Assembly (NCBI GenBank): GCA_027488335.1
Contig: JAIYBU010000114.1
Coordinates: 15-64,014, forward strand
Length of the DNA: 64,000 nucleotides
Reading direction: 5' to 3'
From: Cytophagaceae bacterium
GTDB taxonomy: Bacteria > Bacteroidota > Bacteroidia > Cytophagales > Spirosomataceae
In this document: positions 7,979 through 17,927 of the stretch, piece after piece
Layout: each line of letters opens with the position of its first letter
Numbering within the stretch: position 1 is the stretch's first letter
Made by a program: the position numbers and the translations under genes
Notes under the pieces: model-generated
Seen by the model: the letters and a program-made list of their open reading frames with translations, nothing else
What the model was told of the DNA's origin: nothing
The model's database searches: none

Positions 7979-10900
7979 TTGGCATGGTTTTCGATGAATG
8001 GGTATGGTAATATTTATTTATCAGAAAAGGCATTGAAGTTTCTTAAAAAACATATTTTTTTAATTCTTTCGGTAGTTTTATTTGGAGTTGCAGCATTAAA
8101 CTTTTTCATTTTTGAGAAAGATGCTCCAGGTGCTTCGGAGCAACATTACGTATCTTCGATTAGAAGTAGGGTGAAATCGAAAATATTGGTCTCGAAAAAT
8201 GAACTGGTCAATGTGGCTACACAATACCAGAAATCTTCGAGAAATACTTTTTTGAGCCTTGAAACCTCTTCGGTGTATCCCTATTATGTTTATCGAAATG
8301 GGCAGTTGATTTATTGGTCTGACCATCGTTATGTGCCTAATTATCAACAACTTTATAAAGGCGAACAAGCCAGTTTATTAAATGCAGACAACGGGAAGTA
8401 TATCACAAACTCGATTACATTTAATTTTAGAGGGAGTAAAATTGAGATTTTTTCGCTCATAAATCTTTATCGGAAGTTTAGAAATGAAAATGATTATCTC
8501 AGAAATGGCTATAATCATGAGGTCTTCATTACCGAACCTAAAGACATTACTAATACGCCGAGTAACAAAGGTCTTTATAATATTAACGATGAAAATGGTA
8601 AATTTTTGTTTACCATTGTTCCGCCTCAAATCGAAAAAATCAATTCGCCGAATATTCCAACCAATACGCTCTTTTTGTCGGCTATCAGTATTCTGCTTTT
8701 TGGTATTTATATCATCATCTGGATTTCTCGACTACGAAAAAAGCATCAATTTGGCCGAGCCTTCATTTTATTGATGTTTTATTTGTTTTTTGTGCGTTTG
8801 GTGATGCTCGCTAATAGCATTCCGTTTATTTTCTACGAATCGAGCTTGTTTAATCCTAAGTTTTTAGCTGTCAATGAGTTAGCTCCTTCTTTGGGCGATG
8901 TACTGCTCAACTCGATTGTTATTTTTATACTGGTCGTTTATTTGGTACAAAGTTTTTATCGCTCAACGCTTTACTATAAATTATTTAAAGCTCCGAAAGT
9001 CGTTCAGGATATTCTTTCCGTTGCTTTGGTGGTATTATCAATTTTATACACCTTTGTTTCATACCGAAACTTATGCAATATCTACGAAAAATCGCAGTTT
9101 AGCCTTGACCTTTCACTGAGTATTTCGTTTTCTGCTCTGAAAATCGCCACTTTATCGTTTTACTTACTTTTGTCAGTGATATTCTTTTTGGTGATTCATT
9201 TGCTAAGTAGTTTGTTTTTGAGAATCAATAAAAAAACAAAAAATGGTGTCATAAAATGGTTTTTGGGTTTAGTAATTGGCTTAATTCTAATCACGATTTT
9301 AGACCAATTTAGATGGGTTTATGTACTCACTGGTGGGTATTTCTTGTTGGTTTATCTCTATAAATATCCACGTTTTTTGTATAGTTTTAAATATAAGACC
9401 ACGATTTATTTCTTTACGGGTGCGTTTGTTTTTGCTTTGATTGCGATGTGTGTAATTCGGACAGAAGAACAGAAAAAGGACTATTTCGATAAGCAGAATT
9501 TTGGACAAAAGTACTTGGCCGAGAATGATTTATTGGGCGAAGGATTATTGACAAGAGTGATTCAGACCGTAGAGCAAGATACTGCGATTAAACAAGCCAT
9601 TAACCGCCAAACCCTCGCACGGGAACAAACGCAGCAGTTGGTAAAAAGCAAACATCTTGATTTGTATTTCGACCGCTACGATACTGAAGTATTGGCTTTT
9701 GACCGCAACGGAAACTCATTGGATATTACGGAAGGCTCAAAGAATCTTTCTTTTTATGAAGAAAATTTTAAGAAACCAGCCTATAAAACAGCTAATCCAT
9801 CGGTATTTTTTATCAATGATGTTGGTAATAATTTTATTAAGCAATACCTAACTTTTATTCCGATTCAAGAAAATGCGAGTTTGGTGGGTTATGTTGTGCT
9901 TGACCTGAAACTTCGGGATGAATTTGCTCAAAGTGTTTATCCAGAATTATTGCTGGATAAAAAATTTACGCAAACACCTGACACAAAGAATTATAGTTAT
10001 GCCATTTATGATAAAGCTAATCGCCTGATATTCAGTTCGGGAAGCTATAATTACGTCAGAAAATTACCCGTAAGTATTTTATCAGATTCGACGCTCTATG
10101 AAAAAGGAATAGAGGTAAGTGATTTTAAGCATGTTGGCAAAATAGGTCAAAATGGACGAAAAATCGTGATTTCGGCCAAATACCAAGCATGGCGAAATCT
10201 GTTTTCTAATTTCTCGTTTTTATTCTTGCTTTCGGTGCTTTTCATCATTATCGTTATGATTTTGTATGCAATTCGCTACGGTTTAAAGAACCTGAATGTC
10301 AATTTTGCTACCAAAATCCAGCTTTATATCAATGCCGCATTTTTGTTGCCTTTATTGTTGGTAATTATTATCACCTTGAGTGTTATTGACTCTACTTTTA
10401 TCAGCAATCAAGAAAAAGGTTACCTCGATAACACCAAAAATATTACTTCTACGGTGCAGCTTCAACTCGAAAGTTTTACTCAAAAACGCATGAGTAGGGC
10501 ATTTTTGGAGCAGGAAATCAATGATTTAGCTCGTGATACAAAACTTGATATTAATTTTTATAGCCTTGATGGAAAACTCGATTTGACTACCCGCCCATTG
10601 GTTTATGATTATGGTTTGCTCTCAAATTTTATCAATCCTGAGGCATATCGACGAATTATCGAAGAAAAAGAAAACGAGGCCTTATTGGCAGAATCGCTCG
10701 GAAGTTTGCATTATAAAACTGCCTACATGAGTATCAAAGGACATGATAGTAAGCCAATTGGGGTTATCGGAATTCCGTTTTTTGATGCTAAACCCACACT
10801 CGACCGCCAAGTAACTGATGTGGTAGCTTCGATTTTGAGTGTATTTGCATGGCTATTCTTAATTTTATTGATTTTATCATATTTCGCATCAAATATACTG

Positions 10901-11746
10901 ACAAATCCGCTTCGTATGGTAGCTCAGAAATTGAAAAAGACTAATTTAGATAAACTCAATGACCGCTTAGAGTGGAACTCTGATGATGAGATTGGTATTT
11001 TGATGCGTGAGTATAATAAAATGTTGAAGAAATTGGAAGAGAGTAAAGTGGCACTTTCGATGAGTGAAAAACAAACTGCATGGCGAGAAATGGCCAAGCA
11101 AGTGGCTCACGAAATCAAGAATCCGTTGACACCAATGAAACTTTCGATTCAGCAATTACAACGAACGATTGTGGTTGATAATCCAAAAACCAAAGAACGC
11201 ATTGCTCGTGCCTTAAATTCATTGACCGAACAAATTGATAATATCAGCGAAATTGCCAATTCATTCTCCGAATTTGCCAAAATGCCTGTGCCTCGAAACG
11301 AAGTTTTCGACCTCGTGCCATTGATTCAGAAATCGGCCGATTTGTATGCCGAAGACGAAAGAATTTCGCTCAATGCTTACATCAAAGAAAAAGAAGCATG
11401 GGTAGTGGGCGACCGCCAATTTATGAGTCGAGTAATTACAAACCTGATTATCAACGGAATACAGTCAGTGCCGAAAGAAAAACGTGCCATCATTAATCTT
11501 CGATTGTATAGAAACGAAGACGATAATATTGCCATCATCGAAATTCAAGATAATGGCTCAGGTATTCCAGAAAACATTCGTCAACGAGTATTTATTCCAA
11601 ACTTTACTACGAAAGTTGGCGGTTCGGGGCTTGGTTTGGCAATGGCTCGTAGGGGCGTAGAACACGCAGGCGGAAATATTTGGTTTGAAACCGAAACCAA
11701 CCGAGGAACGACTTTCTTCATAGATTTACCGCTGGCAATTAGATAA
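7979..11746 (+). CDS. Large multi-TM sensor histidine kinase (HAMP-HisKA-HATPase)
   Basis: H-box AWREMAKQVAHEIKNPLTP; N-box NLIING; G-boxes DNGSGI and GSGLGL; many TM segments; the true start may be slightly downstream. Confidence 0.9.
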   Translation: MAWFSMNGYGNIYLSEKALKFLKKHIFLILSVVLFGVAALNFFIFEKDAPGASEQHYVSSIRSRVKSKILVSKNELVNVATQYQKSSRNTFLSLETSSVYPYYVYRNGQLIYWSDHRYVPNYQQLYKGEQASLLNADNGKYITNSITFNFRGSKIEIFSLINLYRKFRNENDYLRNGYNHEVFITEPKDITNTPSNKGLYNINDENGKFLFTIVPPQIEKINSPNIPTNTLFLSAISILLFGIYIIIWISRLRKKHQFGRAFILLMFYLFFVRLVMLANSIPFIFYESSLFNPKFLAVNELAPSLGDVLLNSIVIFILVVYLVQSFYRSTLYYKLFKAPKVVQDILSVALVVLSILYTFVSYRNLCNIYEKSQFSLDLSLSISFSALKIATLSFYLLLSVIFFLVIHLLSSLFLRINKKTKNGVIKWFLGLVIGLILITILDQFRWVYVLTGGYFLLVYLYKYPRFLYSFKYKTTIYFFTGAFVFALIAMCVIRTEEQKKDYFDKQNFGQKYLAENDLLGEGLLTRVIQTVEQDTAIKQAINRQTLAREQTQQLVKSKHLDLYFDRYDTEVLAFDRNGNSLDITEGSKNLSFYEENFKKPAYKTANPSVFFINDVGNNFIKQYLTFIPIQENASLVGYVVLDLKLRDEFAQSVYPELLLDKKFTQTPDTKNYSYAIYDKANRLIFSSGSYNYVRKLPVSILSDSTLYEKGIEVSDFKHVGKIGQNGRKIVISAKYQAWRNLFSNFSFLFLLSVLFIIIVMILYAIRYGLKNLNVNFATKIQLYINAAFLLPLLLVIIITLSVIDSTFISNQEKGYLDNTKNITSTVQLQLESFTQKRMSRAFLEQEINDLARDTKLDINFYSLDGKLDLTTRPLVYDYGLLSNFINPEAYRRIIEEKENEALLAESLGSLHYKTAYMSIKGHDSKPIGVIGIPFFDAKPTLDRQVTDVVASILSVFAWLFLILLILSYFASNILTNPLRMVAQKLKKTNLDKLNDRLEWNSDDEIGILMREYNKMLKKLEESKVALSMSEKQTAWREMAKQVAHEIKNPLTPMKLSIQQLQRTIVVDNPKTKERIARALNSLTEQIDNISEIANSFSEFAKMPVPRNEVFDLVPLIQKSADLYAEDERISLNAYIKEKEAWVVGDRQFMSRVITNLIINGIQSVPKEKRAIINLRLYRNEDDNIAIIEIQDNGSGIPENIRQRVFIPNFTTKVGGSGLGLAMARRGVEHAGGNIWFETETNRGTTFFIDLPLAIR

Positions 11747-11843
11747 GAATTGTTAATGATGGAGGCTTAATGTTGAATGGTTAGTTTGTTTATAGTCAAT
11801 GGTTTGTATTTGAAAGCTTATTCGAGAATTAAATCAAATAAAT

Positions 11844-11883
11844 AAAAAAGTGTCACTGAGAAAAATCTTGGTGACACTTTTTT
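11844..11883. terminator. Bidirectional rho-independent terminator
   Basis: AAAAAAGTGTCAC...GTGACACTTTTTT. Confidence 0.8.
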
Positions 11884-11899
11884 GTTGTTTAAAAGAATA

Positions 11900-12271
11900 T
11901 TATGCAGTGACCGTATTCACTTTCGACATATAAAAATTAGAAACAAGCACTATTACTAACATCACAAGTGGTGTAATTATGTTAGGTGTAGGGTCGCCAG
12001 CGTTAATGTGTGTAATAGCTGCCGAAATTAAAGTAATAATAAAGCCCGCATACGCCCATTCTTTGATTTTGGTCGGAAACTGAGGAATAAGCAATACCAA
12101 TGCTCCAATTATTTTAGCAACGCCCAATTCAACACGAAAGAAATCAGGGAAGCCCATGTGCTTAAAACCTTCTACCATTTGTGGATTTGCAAAATAACTA
12201 TAACCGCTAAAGAGCATGATTGCTCCGAAAAGCCCCGTAGTTACCCAATAAATAATTTTGTCTTTTTTCAT
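11900..12271 (-). CDS. DoxX-like family membrane protein
   Basis: IIYWVTTGL, GFPDFFRVELGVAKIIG, KEWAYAGF; start at MKKDK (12271). Confidence 0.85.
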   Translation of the reverse strand: MKKDKIIYWVTTGLFGAIMLFSGYSYFANPQMVEGFKHMGFPDFFRVELGVAKIIGALVLLIPQFPTKIKEWAYAGFIITLISAAITHINAGDPTPNIITPLVMLVIVLVSNFYMSKVNTVTA

Positions 12272-12325
12272 TTCAGAATTTAGTTTAGAATATGTCTGCA
12301 AACTTATCTATATTTGCTATACATC

Positions 12326-12357
12326 TGATAGTAATATACTTTTGTATAGTGCTATCA
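12326..12357. promoter_or_regulatory. 32-bp imperfect palindrome, probable HxlR-family operator
   Basis: TGATAGTAATATAC-TTTT-GTATAGTGCTATCA in the divergent doxX/hxlR gap, overlapping TACTTTTG. Confidence 0.55.
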
Positions 12358-12388
12358 TGTAGGAAAGTAATTCAAAAAGGATACACTT

Positions 12389-12745
12389 ATGAAAGAATGT
12401 AAGCAAGAACACAACCCCGAAGAATGTACAAAAATGATTGTACCTGTGCGTGATGCGTTAGAAATATTGAATGGGAAATGGAAGTTGCCAATTATTCTTT
12501 CATTAACTTTCGGAGCGAAACGATTTAGACAAATATCGAAAGACATCAACGGCATTACCGATAAAATGCTTTCTAAAGAATTGAAAGATTTAGAAATGAA
12601 TCAATTGGTAAAGCGAACGGTTCACGATACTTTTCCGCCGACGGTTGAGTATGCAATTACCGAACATGGGCAATCGCTCGAAAAATTAGTCACCGAACTA
12701 CGAAATTGGGGAATGGAACACCGTAAACAGATAATGGGAAAATAA
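12389..12745 (+). CDS. HxlR-family winged-helix transcriptional regulator
   Basis: LEILNGKWKLPII; ITDKMLSKELKDLE; PPTVEYAITEHG. Confidence 0.9.
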   Translation: MKECKQEHNPEECTKMIVPVRDALEILNGKWKLPIILSLTFGAKRFRQISKDINGITDKMLSKELKDLEMNQLVKRTVHDTFPPTVEYAITEHGQSLEKLVTELRNWGMEHRKQIMGK

Positions 12746-13420
12746 ATGAACTTTTTCGACATAAACAATATACTTTTTGAGTTTTTAGGGGTAAAAATGA
12801 GTTATCTCGAATTCTACGCAACACTTACGGGCTTAGTGGCCGTTATTTTGTCGGTGCGAGAAAACGTGTGGAGTTGGATACTGGGCTTGATAAATGTCGT
12901 GTTGGCATTTATTATGTTTTATCAAATTCAGCTTTACCCTGATATGTTTTTGCAGGTGTTCTTTTTCATTACAAACATCATCGGTTTTTGGCACTGGAAA
13001 TTTCCAAAAGAACAAGAAGCAAACCTCAAAAATGAATTGAAAATTAGCCAATTATCCTTACAACAGTTTGCTATCTATTCAGCAGTTGGTTTAGTTTGTA
13101 CTTATTTGCTCGGTACATTTGCCAAGAATCTGAGCGAGTTAATTCCGCAGCTTTTCAGTAAGCCAAGTGCTTTTCCATACATGGATTCGTTCACGACAGT
13201 CATGAGTATTTTTGCGACATTTTTACTCATCAGAAAAAAAGTTGAAGCATGGTGGATGTGGCTGGCTATTGACATCATTAGCACTTATATGTATTTTGTG
13301 AAAGAAGTGAAGCTTTATTCGTTGCTTTATGCGGTATTTTGTATAATTGCACTTTTCGGAGCAGTTAATTGGACGAAAGAGTATAGAAAAAACCTAACCG
13401 CAACGGCGGACCGTCCCTAA
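12746..13420 (+). CDS. pnuC: Nicotinamide riboside transporter PnuC
   Basis: ENVWSWILG, LYPDMFLQ, PYMDSFTT, KKVEAWWMW..IDIIS motifs. Confidence 0.85.
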   Translation: MNFFDINNILFEFLGVKMSYLEFYATLTGLVAVILSVRENVWSWILGLINVVLAFIMFYQIQLYPDMFLQVFFFITNIIGFWHWKFPKEQEANLKNELKISQLSLQQFAIYSAVGLVCTYLLGTFAKNLSELIPQLFSKPSAFPYMDSFTTVMSIFATFLLIRKKVEAWWMWLAIDIISTYMYFVKEVKLYSLLYAVFCIIALFGAVNWTKEYRKNLTATADRP

Positions 13421-13426
13421 AGGGGA
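13403..13426. repeat. GC-rich mini-hairpin ACGGCGGACCGT adjacent to a CCCTAAAGGG palindrome at the pnuC 3' end
   Basis: ACGG-CGGA-CCGT (13403-13414) then CCC-TAAA-GGG (13415-13424). Confidence 0.45.
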
Positions 13427-13560
13427 ATAAGGACTAAATACACAGGCAAGTACAGGATAGTTTTATAATTTTTTAAATAGAAAATTGCAACTGTTTTTTT
13501 GAAAAACAGTTAGTGAAACCTTACATTGCATTAATCATTCAACATTTATCATCAATTAAG

Positions 13561-14838
13561 ATGCTCAGTAACGATATTATTCAACAGCATAACGAAAAAT
13601 TACAGGCTGACCACCAGTTCAGATTGGCATATTTGACCGAACTTCTCGACCGTAAAGGCATTGATATTCAGACAATTATTGATAAAATAAAGGATTTTCA
13701 AGTGGCTATTCCAAGTTGGGCTTTGGGTACTGGTGGAACTCGCTTTGGGCGTTTTCCGAATGGTGGAGAACCAAGAAATTTAGAAGAAAAAATCGAAGAT
13801 GTCGGTCTTATTCATCAATTAAATCGCTCATCAAACTCGATTTCGTTGCACATTCCGTGGGATATTCCATCAGATGCCAATGCCATCAAACAATTACTGA
13901 AAGCTAATGATTTAACGATTGACTCGGTCAATTCTAATACCTTTCAAGACCAAAAAGACCAACCCTATTCGTATAAATTTGGCTCACTTTCGCATACAAA
14001 AAGCGAAGTACGTGATTTAGCGATTCAGCACAACATTCAGTGCGTTGAATATGGTAAAATGCTTGATTCTAACGTACTTACTGTTTGGTTGGCTGATGGC
14101 TCAAACTTCCCTGGGCAATCGCATTTGAGAAGTGCCTATCAACGAACAAGTGATTCATTATCAAGTATTTATAAATCAATGCCTGATGATTGGACGATGT
14201 TGATTGAATATAAACCCTATGAGCCTCATTTCTACTCAATGGTGATTCCTGATTGGGGAACTTCATATTCGCTTTGCCAAACGGTAGGAAAAAATGCTCA
14301 AGTTTTGGTAGATTTAGGCCACCATTTGCCAAACACTAACATCGAACAAATTGTTGGACGCTTGATGCACTTCGGCCGCCTCGGTGGTTTCCATTTTAAT
14401 GGTTCAATGTATGGCGATGATGACCTCACAACGGGAAGCATTAAACCTTACCAGTTTTTCTTGATTTTCAATGAATTGGTTGATGGAATGCAAGACGCAA
14501 GCATAAAAAATCCGCCATTGGCATGGATGATTGATGCAAGCCACAACACCAAAGACCCAATCGAAGACTTATTACAGTCGGTAAATGCAATTCTGACAAC
14601 TTACGCAAAAGCACTTTTGGTTGATAGAGTAGCATTGGCTGAGGCCCAAGAAAATAACGACGTGCTACGTGCCGAAGAATTATTGCGTGATACTTTCTTG
14701 ACCGATGCAAGAGCGTTGGTGGCGGAGGCAAGTCGTCAAGCAGGTGGAGCAATCGACCCAATTGCTACTTTCCGTGGAGCAAAAATCAGAAGTGGCTTGG
14801 TTGATAAAAGAGGCTTTAGTGTGGCTACGGGGCTGTAA
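13561..14838 (+). CDS. rhaI: L-rhamnose isomerase-like sugar isomerase (xylose isomerase-like TIM barrel)
   Basis: IPSWALGTGGTRFGRF; SLHIPWD; EYKPYEP; VDLGHH..NTNIEQIV; GGFHFNG..YGDDDL. Confidence 0.85.
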   Translation: MLSNDIIQQHNEKLQADHQFRLAYLTELLDRKGIDIQTIIDKIKDFQVAIPSWALGTGGTRFGRFPNGGEPRNLEEKIEDVGLIHQLNRSSNSISLHIPWDIPSDANAIKQLLKANDLTIDSVNSNTFQDQKDQPYSYKFGSLSHTKSEVRDLAIQHNIQCVEYGKMLDSNVLTVWLADGSNFPGQSHLRSAYQRTSDSLSSIYKSMPDDWTMLIEYKPYEPHFYSMVIPDWGTSYSLCQTVGKNAQVLVDLGHHLPNTNIEQIVGRLMHFGRLGGFHFNGSMYGDDDLTTGSIKPYQFFLIFNELVDGMQDASIKNPPLAWMIDASHNTKDPIEDLLQSVNAILTTYAKALLVDRVALAEAQENNDVLRAEELLRDTFLTDARALVAEASRQAGGAIDPIATFRGAKIRSGLVDKRGFSVATGL

Positions 14839-14858
14839 AAATGATAAATTAAGAACAA

Positions 14859-15170
14859 ATGCAAACATTCAAAATACATGAGCCATCTCAAATTTCTTCA
14901 AGACCTTTCTGGGATGTTAGATTTGAGGATTTAGATTTTGATAAAGATAAAGCCTTTATCATCGAAAAAGTCATAAATCATGGCGTAATGAGCGATTTTG
15001 TGAGTGCCTTAAAATATTATGGTAAAGATACCATTCGTCAAGAAATTGTGAAAGCCGCTTATTTAAAAAAAGATGTTCTTAATTTTGTATGTTTCTATTT
15101 TGACCTCAATCCAAATCATTTTCAATGCTACACACAGAGACAGTTGCACCCTCAATTTGGAAGCTTTTAA
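14859..15170 (+). CDS. DUF6922-like small protein, candidate antitoxin partner
   Basis: FWDV....LD..KDK.FIIEKVI.HG motif; overlaps the downstream AbiEii gene. Confidence 0.7.
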   Translation: MQTFKIHEPSQISSRPFWDVRFEDLDFDKDKAFIIEKVINHGVMSDFVSALKYYGKDTIRQEIVKAAYLKKDVLNFVCFYFDLNPNHFQCYTQRQLHPQFGSF

Positions 15171-15748
15171 TAGATTTGATGAAACTTCCTTCTCTTCAAA
15201 ATTTTGGTTTAGTTGGAGGAACAAATCTGTCATTGAGGTATGGACATCGTATAAGTATTGACTTAGATTTATTCACAGACAAACCCTTCGATAATGATAT
15301 AATTTTAACAGAAATAGAAAGAAATTTTCGTAATGTTGAAGTTGTTGATGAGAGCCAAAATATGCTCTATCTATTTATCGAGGGAGTTAAAATTGATATT
15401 GTTTTGGTGCCGTTTCCAAATATTGCACCTTTTGATATTTATGGCGAAGTACGATTAACTTCGTGTCCAGATGTAATTGCAATGAAATTAAATGCACTTG
15501 CAAGAAGAGGAAGTAAAAAAGATTTTTGGGATTTATACGAAATTTTCGATTACTATTCAGTTGAAGAAATTCTCAATTTTTTCAGGCAAAAATATACATC
15601 AAAAGATGTAATGTATATTCTTCGTTCGATGGTCTATTTCGAAGATGCTGAAAAGCAAATAGACCCAGACCCATTAAAAAATGTTACTTGGGAACAAGTA
15701 AAAACCAAAATACGATTAACTGTAAAGGAATATTTTGACGGTTTATAA
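15125..15748 (+). CDS. Nucleotidyltransferase AbiEii/AbiGii toxin-family protein
   Basis: LVGGTNLSLRYGHRISIDLDLF; MKLNAL..RGSKKDFWDLY. Confidence 0.85.
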   Translation: MLHTETVAPSIWKLLIDLMKLPSLQNFGLVGGTNLSLRYGHRISIDLDLFTDKPFDNDIILTEIERNFRNVEVVDESQNMLYLFIEGVKIDIVLVPFPNIAPFDIYGEVRLTSCPDVIAMKLNALARRGSKKDFWDLYEIFDYYSVEEILNFFRQKYTSKDVMYILRSMVYFEDAEKQIDPDPLKNVTWEQVKTKIRLTVKEYFDGL

Positions 15749-15756
15749 AATCCAGC

Positions 15757-16497
15757 ATGAAAGTAGCCTTATTTATACCTTGTTATATCGACCAGTTTTA
15801 TCCGAATGTGGGTATTGCTACACTTCAATTACTTGAAAAATTGGGGGTAGAAGTCGCATTTCCGATGAAACAAACTTGTTGTGGGCAACCAATGGCCAAT
15901 AGCGGTTGTGAGCAAGATTCCAAAGGCGTTTATGCACACTTTGTTGATACCTTTGCCGAGTTCGATTACATCGTTACGCCTTCGGGAAGTTGTACGTATC
16001 ACATCAAGAAACATTACGATATTATCGAACAAACGCCAGCCGTTCAGAAAGTCAGAAAATCGGTTTATGAATTAGTCGATTTTATTGAGAATGTGCTAAA
16101 AATAGAAGAAATTCCTGTCGATTTTCCGCATAAAGTTGGTTTGCATTTGAGTTGCCACGGTCAGCGTGGACTCCGCCAAGCCAATGCTTCAGAAATCACT
16201 GGCGTGCGAGATGGGCAAATCTCAAAATTATTACGTAAACTAAAAGGAATCGAACTCACAGAACTCGACCGAAACGACGAATGTTGTGGCTTTGGTGGAA
16301 CATTTTGTGTAGCCGAAGAAGCCGTTTCAGCACGCATGGGAAAAGACCGAATTGCTGACCATTTACGCAATGGTACAAAGGTTTTGACAGGAGGAGATGT
16401 ATCATGTTTAATGCACCTCGAAGGCATTGTAAAACGCCAAAACGCACCAATAAAAGTAATGCACATTGCCGAAATTTTGAACGGAAATCAACCATGA
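15757..16497 (+). CDS. lutA: L-lactate utilisation Fe-S oxidoreductase (CCG domains)
   Basis: QTCCGQP, SGSC, HLSCH, ECCGFGGTF, D.SCLMHL. Confidence 0.9.
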   Translation: MKVALFIPCYIDQFYPNVGIATLQLLEKLGVEVAFPMKQTCCGQPMANSGCEQDSKGVYAHFVDTFAEFDYIVTPSGSCTYHIKKHYDIIEQTPAVQKVRKSVYELVDFIENVLKIEEIPVDFPHKVGLHLSCHGQRGLRQANASEITGVRDGQISKLLRKLKGIELTELDRNDECCGFGGTFCVAEEAVSARMGKDRIADHLRNGTKVLTGGDVSCLMHLEGIVKRQNAPIKVMHIAEILNGNQP

Positions 16498-17882
16498 ACC
16501 ACCAAAATCACCCAGAATTAGCCGAAGCCTTTAATAAAGATTTTGAGCGAACTACTTGGCACGATGAAACGCTTTGGTTTGTGCGTCAGAAACGAGACAA
16601 AGCGGTTTACCCCATTCCCGAATTTCAGGATTTACGCACACTTGCGTCCGAAATCAAAGACCATACACTCAGCAATCTTGATAATTATCTCATCGAATTT
16701 GAGCAAAATGCCATAAAAAATGGTGTAAAAGTGCATTGGGCAGCCGATGCCGCCGAGCATAACCAAATTGTGATGGATATTATCAAAAGTTCATGTAAAG
16801 TTGATGGACGAAATACTCGAATGGTAAAAAGCAAGTCAATGCTTACGGAAGAATGTCATTTGAATGGTTTCTTGCAAAAAAATAACATTGATGTAGTAGA
16901 TACCGACTTGGGAGAACGCATCATTCAGTTTCGGGATGAGCCACCGAGTCATATCGTAATGCCCGCCATTCACCTCAAAAAAGAAGATGTGGGCGAAACT
17001 TTCCACGAACATTTGGGTACTACCAAAGGCGAAAAAGACCCGCAAATTCTGACCGAAGCGGCTCGCCAGCACCTAAGAGAAAAATTTATAGCAGCCGATG
17101 TGGCTCTTACGGGCGTAAACTTTGCAATTGCCGAAACAGGTAGTTTTGTAGTTTGTACCAACGAAGGCAATGCCGATTTGGGTGTAAATTTGGCTAAAGT
17201 ACACATTGCAAGTATGGGTATCGAAAAAATAATCCCGAAACTCCATCATTTGTCAGTTTATACCCGATTACTCGCCAGAAGTGCTACTGGTCAGCCAATT
17301 ACAACTTATACTTCGCATTTTACAAAGCCAGCCGAAGGTAAAGAAATGCATATTGTAATTGTAGATAATGGTCGAACGCAACAACTCGGCAGAGCCGATT
17401 TCAGGAACTCATTGAAGTGTATTCGTTGCGGGGCTTGTATGAATACTTGTCCAGTTTACCGTCGAAGTGGTGGGCATAGTTATGATTTTACAGTGCCAGG
17501 CCCCATTGGTGCGATTCTTTCGCCAAATATAGATTTGCATAAGCATAAAAGTCTGCCTTTTGCAAGTACGCTTTGTGGTTCATGTTCGGATGTTTGCCCT
17601 GTAAAGATTGATATTCATGTACAACTTTATAAATGGCGACAAATAGTTGGACAACAAAACGAATTGCCCGCGACAAAAAAATGGGGAATGAAAGGCTTAG
17701 CAAAAGTGCTTTCGATGCCAAAAGTGTATGATTTGGGTGGGAAATTGGCTCGTGGAGCTTTGCGAGTACTTCCGCACGGACTTACCCACAACCAAAGCAT
17801 GAATCCGTGGGCGAAAGCAAGAGAATTACCCGATGCTCCGAAACAGAGTTTTAAAGAATGGTATGAGGAAAATCGGAAATAA
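16494..17882 (+). CDS. lutB: Lactate utilisation protein B (4Fe-4S)
   Basis: VKSKSMLTEE, ETDLGE-like DTDLGE, TNEGN, CIRCGACMNTCP, TLCGSCSDVCP; ATGA overlap with lutA. Confidence 0.9.
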   Translation: MNHQNHPELAEAFNKDFERTTWHDETLWFVRQKRDKAVYPIPEFQDLRTLASEIKDHTLSNLDNYLIEFEQNAIKNGVKVHWAADAAEHNQIVMDIIKSSCKVDGRNTRMVKSKSMLTEECHLNGFLQKNNIDVVDTDLGERIIQFRDEPPSHIVMPAIHLKKEDVGETFHEHLGTTKGEKDPQILTEAARQHLREKFIAADVALTGVNFAIAETGSFVVCTNEGNADLGVNLAKVHIASMGIEKIIPKLHHLSVYTRLLARSATGQPITTYTSHFTKPAEGKEMHIVIVDNGRTQQLGRADFRNSLKCIRCGACMNTCPVYRRSGGHSYDFTVPGPIGAILSPNIDLHKHKSLPFASTLCGSCSDVCPVKIDIHVQLYKWRQIVGQQNELPATKKWGMKGLAKVLSMPKVYDLGGKLARGALRVLPHGLTHNQSMNPWAKARELPDAPKQSFKEWYEENRK

Positions 17883-17927
17883 AACCGTATAAAATAGTAA
17901 CTAATACCCAATAATTAATAATTACTT

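Noticed and set aside
14839-15756. Insertion sequence ends or target-site duplication around the DUF6922/AbiEii pair
   Set aside because: No inverted or direct repeats were found in the 20-bp and 8-bp flanks
16404-16493. N-terminal extension of lutB in the ORF track
   Set aside because: It overlaps lutA coding sequence; the ATGA-coupled start at 16494 is more plausible
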